A DNA stretch of 63,638 nt, counting the filler, from Folioceros fuciformis (Eukaryota), in NCBI GenBank assembly GCA_049999805.1. It is 9 parts of 9 records of this genome, joined end to end, with 100 filler letters (N's around TTAATTAATTAA, not from the genome) between each part and the next. Parts side by side here need not be neighbours in the genome. Positions count along the whole stretch, not along the records: positions 59,666 to 62,224 come from JBNGIO010006026.1; positions 62,325 to 63,638 come from JBNGIO010006068.1; 7 more parts are not named here. One strand, given 5' to 3'. Of this stretch, positions 59,753 to 63,638 are shown one piece after another. Under the pieces are notes generated by a model that was given only the letters and a program-made list of their open reading frames with translations, was not told the origin of the DNA and made no database searches. Position numbers and translations under genes: made by a program. Position 1 is the stretch's first letter, and each line of letters opens with the position of its first letter.

Positions 59753-60463
59753 ATGATGGCTGGCCGGGGTGGACCTCGTACAGATCGACGCCAACGAGGG
59801 AGGCGTTTTGGTGGCAGCACGAGAAGACCACAAAACGCAAACTGTGTCCCTGTTGACACTGTCTTGGATCTATACGAGGCAAACTACCCCGACATACGGC
59901 TAAGGCAGTGGGTTGGCAGGAATTCAGGCAGCTCAAGGGCTAGGGCGCGCGCAATTAGTCTACAGCGGTCAAGAACATCTGAGACAGATTCTTTCTACCG
60001 CGCCCGTTGCATTTCTAGGAACCAGCCTGATCCTCGATCCAATCCACCTGCCAGGACCGCTGAATTGGAGTCGAAAGTCTCAGCAGAATCCCCTGAATTT
60101 GTCCCTGTGGTTGATTGGGAATTGAAGGCTTTTGAAGGTTTCTGCAATCACCCAAATCTTCACAGAACGATTAGGTGGTTGAGGGGTGGAAAATCTGCTG
60201 AAAACAAGAGTCAAGTCAAGAAATCTGCAGAAGACGACAAGCAAATTTCTGTGGAGGCTTTTGTCGAGACTTTCCTTGAGAAACTCCTCTTCAATCAGCA
60301 CATCTTGAGAGACGGCGTTGCTCGCTTGCAAGTCTGCATTGACACACAGATATCCAGAATCGATAGGAACATTTTACAGATTGCTGGAATGCTGCGTGCA
60401 ATGGATCTTGGACAAGGTTTTTCGACAGAATTCTTGCCTGCGAGCGGAGACTCCATCTTGTGA
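59753..60463 (+). CDS. Extra ORF (236 aa) between PBS and gag, unknown function
   Basis: ATG about 30 nt after the PBS, Arg-rich N-terminus, helical C-terminus ending LRAMDLGQGFS. Confidence 0.65.
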   Translation: MMAGRGGPRTDRRQRGRRFGGSTRRPQNANCVPVDTVLDLYEANYPDIRLRQWVGRNSGSSRARARAISLQRSRTSETDSFYRARCISRNQPDPRSNPPARTAELESKVSAESPEFVPVVDWELKAFEGFCNHPNLHRTIRWLRGGKSAENKSQVKKSAEDDKQISVEAFVETFLEKLLFNQHILRDGVARLQVCIDTQISRIDRNILQIAGMLRAMDLGQGFSTEFLPASGDSIL

Positions 60464-60856
60464 CCCTGCTTCCGCTGGCGGGGAGCGCTGGAGAGCGAAA
60501 CGGTGCGCATCATCAGCAGTGACTCTTGGCGTGGATTTGGAGCGTCACCACTGCATTGCTGACCCTTGGCCTGTTTGCATCTCTTGGCTTGTGATTTGTC
60601 TGTCAACTGATATGCTGTTTCATCGAACAAGTGTCAGTTAGAAACCCTAATTCAAGAACTCAAACGATACTTTTGAAAGGTTGTGTCTGTTTTCACACTT
60701 GTACCTTTACGCACCCAGGAAGGTAATCAGATACGTTGGTACCCGCTCGTTAGTATCACATGAGCATATGTTAGGTTAATGACATCGGAGCATAACTAAT
60801 CTCAGCTATTTTTCCTTCTGAACCATAGTTTCGAAAGGGACTTAACTGTTTTACGC

Positions 60857-62224
60857 ATGTCCGATACTGACAGTGCACATAGTGCATCTGATTTGAGCCT
60901 TCACGAGTACGTAGATCACTCAGATAGCAGTTCCATCTCCCCCGAGGGGGAAGAGGACCTGCAGGCGGTAAATATATTCAACTTCTGGTTTAACCCACCT
61001 GTAGTACCTATCACAAGTACAAGAACCATGTCAACAACTCCTTCATTCACTTCAGAGTTGAAGGAAAGGGACAGGTTCAATGGGAAACTGTACCATGTGT
61101 GGAAGGTACGCATGAAAGCTCTGCTGGTAGCCAGGGGAGTCTGGAATGTGGTAGGTGGGAGCTTTCCAGAACCGGATCCTCAAACCGGTAGCCAAGCAGA
61201 TAAGGACAAGTGGACGGCCTGTAATGAAGTAGCCGTAGCTGTCATCATAAATGGCTTGGATACTTTCCTTGTTCCTGATGTTGAGTACCTAACAAAAGGC
61301 ATAGAAATCTGGAATCAGCTCCAGAAAACCTATCAAGTTACTAACATCATGACCAAGTGTGCTGTGTGGCAAGAGTTCTATGCTCTAAGGATGAAGGACG
61401 GAGACAAAGTGGGAGTATTTACCAGTAAATTTCGCCACCTCCGTGCACAGCTTGCTTCCTACAATTATAAGATCGAGGAGGAACATGCTGTGGTCCAGCT
61501 CTTGAGCAGTTTGCCAGCATCACATCAACAGTTCGTCAGCTCGTATAATGCACCTCTGAATACGTCACAAGCTGCTGTTGCCGCCGGAAATGCAAGCACC
61601 CTTACGGTCGACGACATAGTTGCTGCTCTGCATCAGGAGGAACAGAGCCGACTGTTCACAACGGGGAACACGAAGTCAAAAGCTGACAAAGTACTTGTGG
61701 CCAAGTTAAAGCCTCCTAAAGGAAAAGGCAAGTATACATCAAGTACTGGTTCTGACCCTGGCCTTCCTAGCACAAAGAAAACTGGAAACTGTAATTGGTG
61801 TGGTGCACCTGGCCATTGGGCACGTGACTGCCGAAAGAAGAAGGCAGGGGAGTCCCAACGGCAGCAGCCCACAAAGCAGTTTGCTAGTTTGGCTGTGAAG
61901 GACAGAGGAGAAAACTCTAAAGGAACTGTGAAGATCTTGACTATCTGCCTTACAAGCACCGTTCATGATGTTGGTGACTGGTATCTCGATTCAGGGGCTA
62001 CCACCCACATATGTAACGATAAGTCACTGTTCTCCAAGTTGACCCTGCGTCAAATGAAGGACAAAGTCTTGTTAGGAGATGAGCGAAGTGACACAGGACT
62101 GCGAGTTGAAGGACATGGGCTTTGTACCTTTCTCCTTGCTGATGGGTCTACACAAGACGTTGATGGCGTTCTGTATGTACCAGACATGGCGAAGAACCTC
62201 CTTTCGATGAGTAAGATCATGCAG
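60857..62224 (+). CDS. copia gag-protease (open up to the gap)
   Basis: Uninterrupted ORF with gag, CCHC and protease motifs. Confidence 0.9.
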
Positions 62225-62324
62225 NNNNNNNNNNNNNNNNNNNNNNNNNNNNNNNNNNNNNNNNNNNNTTAATTAATTAANNNNNNNNNNNNNNNNNNNN
62301 NNNNNNNNNNNNNNNNNNNNNNNN

Positions 62325-63638
62325 AAGTACCTGCAAGGTACCCACACATATGGATTATTTTACAAAAGGAGTGGAACGGGAGATTTTCACCTATCTGGCT
62401 TCACATATGCTGACTAGGGTTCTGATAGTGATGGACGCCGCAGCCTGTCTACTTACTGTTTTCTCCTAGCCAATGCGTTTGTGAGCTGGAGCTGCAAGAA
62501 ACAAACATCGATTGCCCTGTCTTCAACTGAAGCTGAATACAAATCACTTACAGAGGCATCCAAAGAAGCAGAGTGGGAGCGCCAGTTTTTAAAGGACCTT
62601 GGCCACCCACAGCCTGAGCCTACACTCATCCTCTCTGACAATACAGGAGTTCTTGATCTTGTTGCCCAACCCAAATATCACGCCAGAACAAAGCATATCG
62701 AAATCCAGCACCATTATATACGAGATGTGGCTGCACGAGGAGTAGTCAAAGTTGATTATGTTGAAACAGACCTCAACATCTCTGATATCCTCACTAAGCC
62801 TCTGCCCAAATTCAAACACTATGCTCATATGGCAGGACTTGGACTACACGACTATGCCGCCTACTTTGAGCACACAACATCATGAGCTTGGGCACTTATC
62901 TGGATTCAGGGGGGGTGGGAACCTTAGTTCCCTGATAATTTAATTTGTGCCTCCCTTCTCCAAATAAGGGCTTCCTACAAGCAGCCAGTCACGTCAGTCC
63001 CCTTCTCACAATTACACCACACAATCTTTCTGACCTGGAGGTGGATGAAGCTTGACAGACCTGATCAAATCACACAACAGCAGAAGCCACTGGATTCCCT
63101 TCACCTTCCTCAGGCGAATACTCCAACGGCACCGACACCCTGGCAGCCATCTTCAACAGCTCACAGACATATTTGACACTGGTGTTTCCAGGTTGATTGA
63201 GGATTTCTTCGATGCGCCTGACCCCGGCTATAGCAACTTATGTTGACCATCTACCGTCCCACCCAGCAAACTTGATGACCTGCTCCACCCTCTGTGGGTA
63301 TCAACCCCATACGTTCGACCACTACGCGTCGCCATGCTTCAAAGGGAAGTGGCAACGATGAAGGCAGTCACGTGATAATGCTTGTTGTCAAATCGGATCC
63401 TTCAGCTAAGGACTTGGTCACCTCCAGAGTGATGCTAAGTGCACTATATGCACCCTGTTTTGCTAATTAGTTGACGCTGTTAGGTTAAGAGGGAGTGTTG
63501 AAAGGGTGACCATAACCCAGTCAACCTAATTAACTAGTTAGGGTTAAATAACATACTATACTTTAAATACATTTTTTTGCCCATTATATTTAATTTACTT
63601 CTTTGATATTCCGAATGAGCAAGGGGCATCCGCTCTCC
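62325..63638 (+). mobile_element. 3' part of a Ty1/copia (RNase H, 3' UTR, PPT, LTR start at 63496)
   Basis: LSSTEAEY, SDNTG, KHIEIQHHYIRD, DILTKPL, stop at 62885; PPT AAGAGGGAG then TGTTG. Confidence 0.88.

Larger units (their letters stand above)
59666..62224 (+). mobile_element. 5' part of a Ty1/copia (LTR end, PBS, extra ORF, gag-PR)
   Basis: LTR ends in CA at 59712; PBS TGGTATCAGAGC 59713-59724; gag DRFNGKLYHVWKVRM, CNWCGAPGHWARDC, WYLDSGAT. Confidence 0.92.

Overview
Eukaryotic nuclear DNA from a seed-free land plant, probably a hornwort; this is inferred from the co-occurrence of DYW:KP-type and WW-type PPR editing factors. It is assembled from contigs joined by eight 100-nt N/TTAATTAATTAA linkers, so adjacency across gaps is uncertain. 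Most of the window is transposon-derived: at least eight Ty1/copia segments, a degenerate gypsy-like gag/protease, an unidentified LTR-like insertion present twice, and an L1-type LINE with an unusually long ORF1 region. Host genes are a 13-exon SKOR/GORK-type outward-rectifying Shaker K+ channel, a minus-strand PLS-class PPR cluster (one DYW:KP, one WW-box E+, one relic) and a frameshifted orphan ORF. Most notable: (1) a DYW:KP PPR gene carrying an OSB-type 'PDF' single-stranded-nucleic-acid-binding motif; (2) three different copia families each with an extra Arg-rich sense ORF between PBS and gag; (3) a young copia with non-canonical AG...CT LTR ends in a shared-LTR tandem; (4) a decayed bacterial-type N4C/N6A DNA methyltransferase fragment. 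All family assignments come from motif recognition by eye; no database searches were run.
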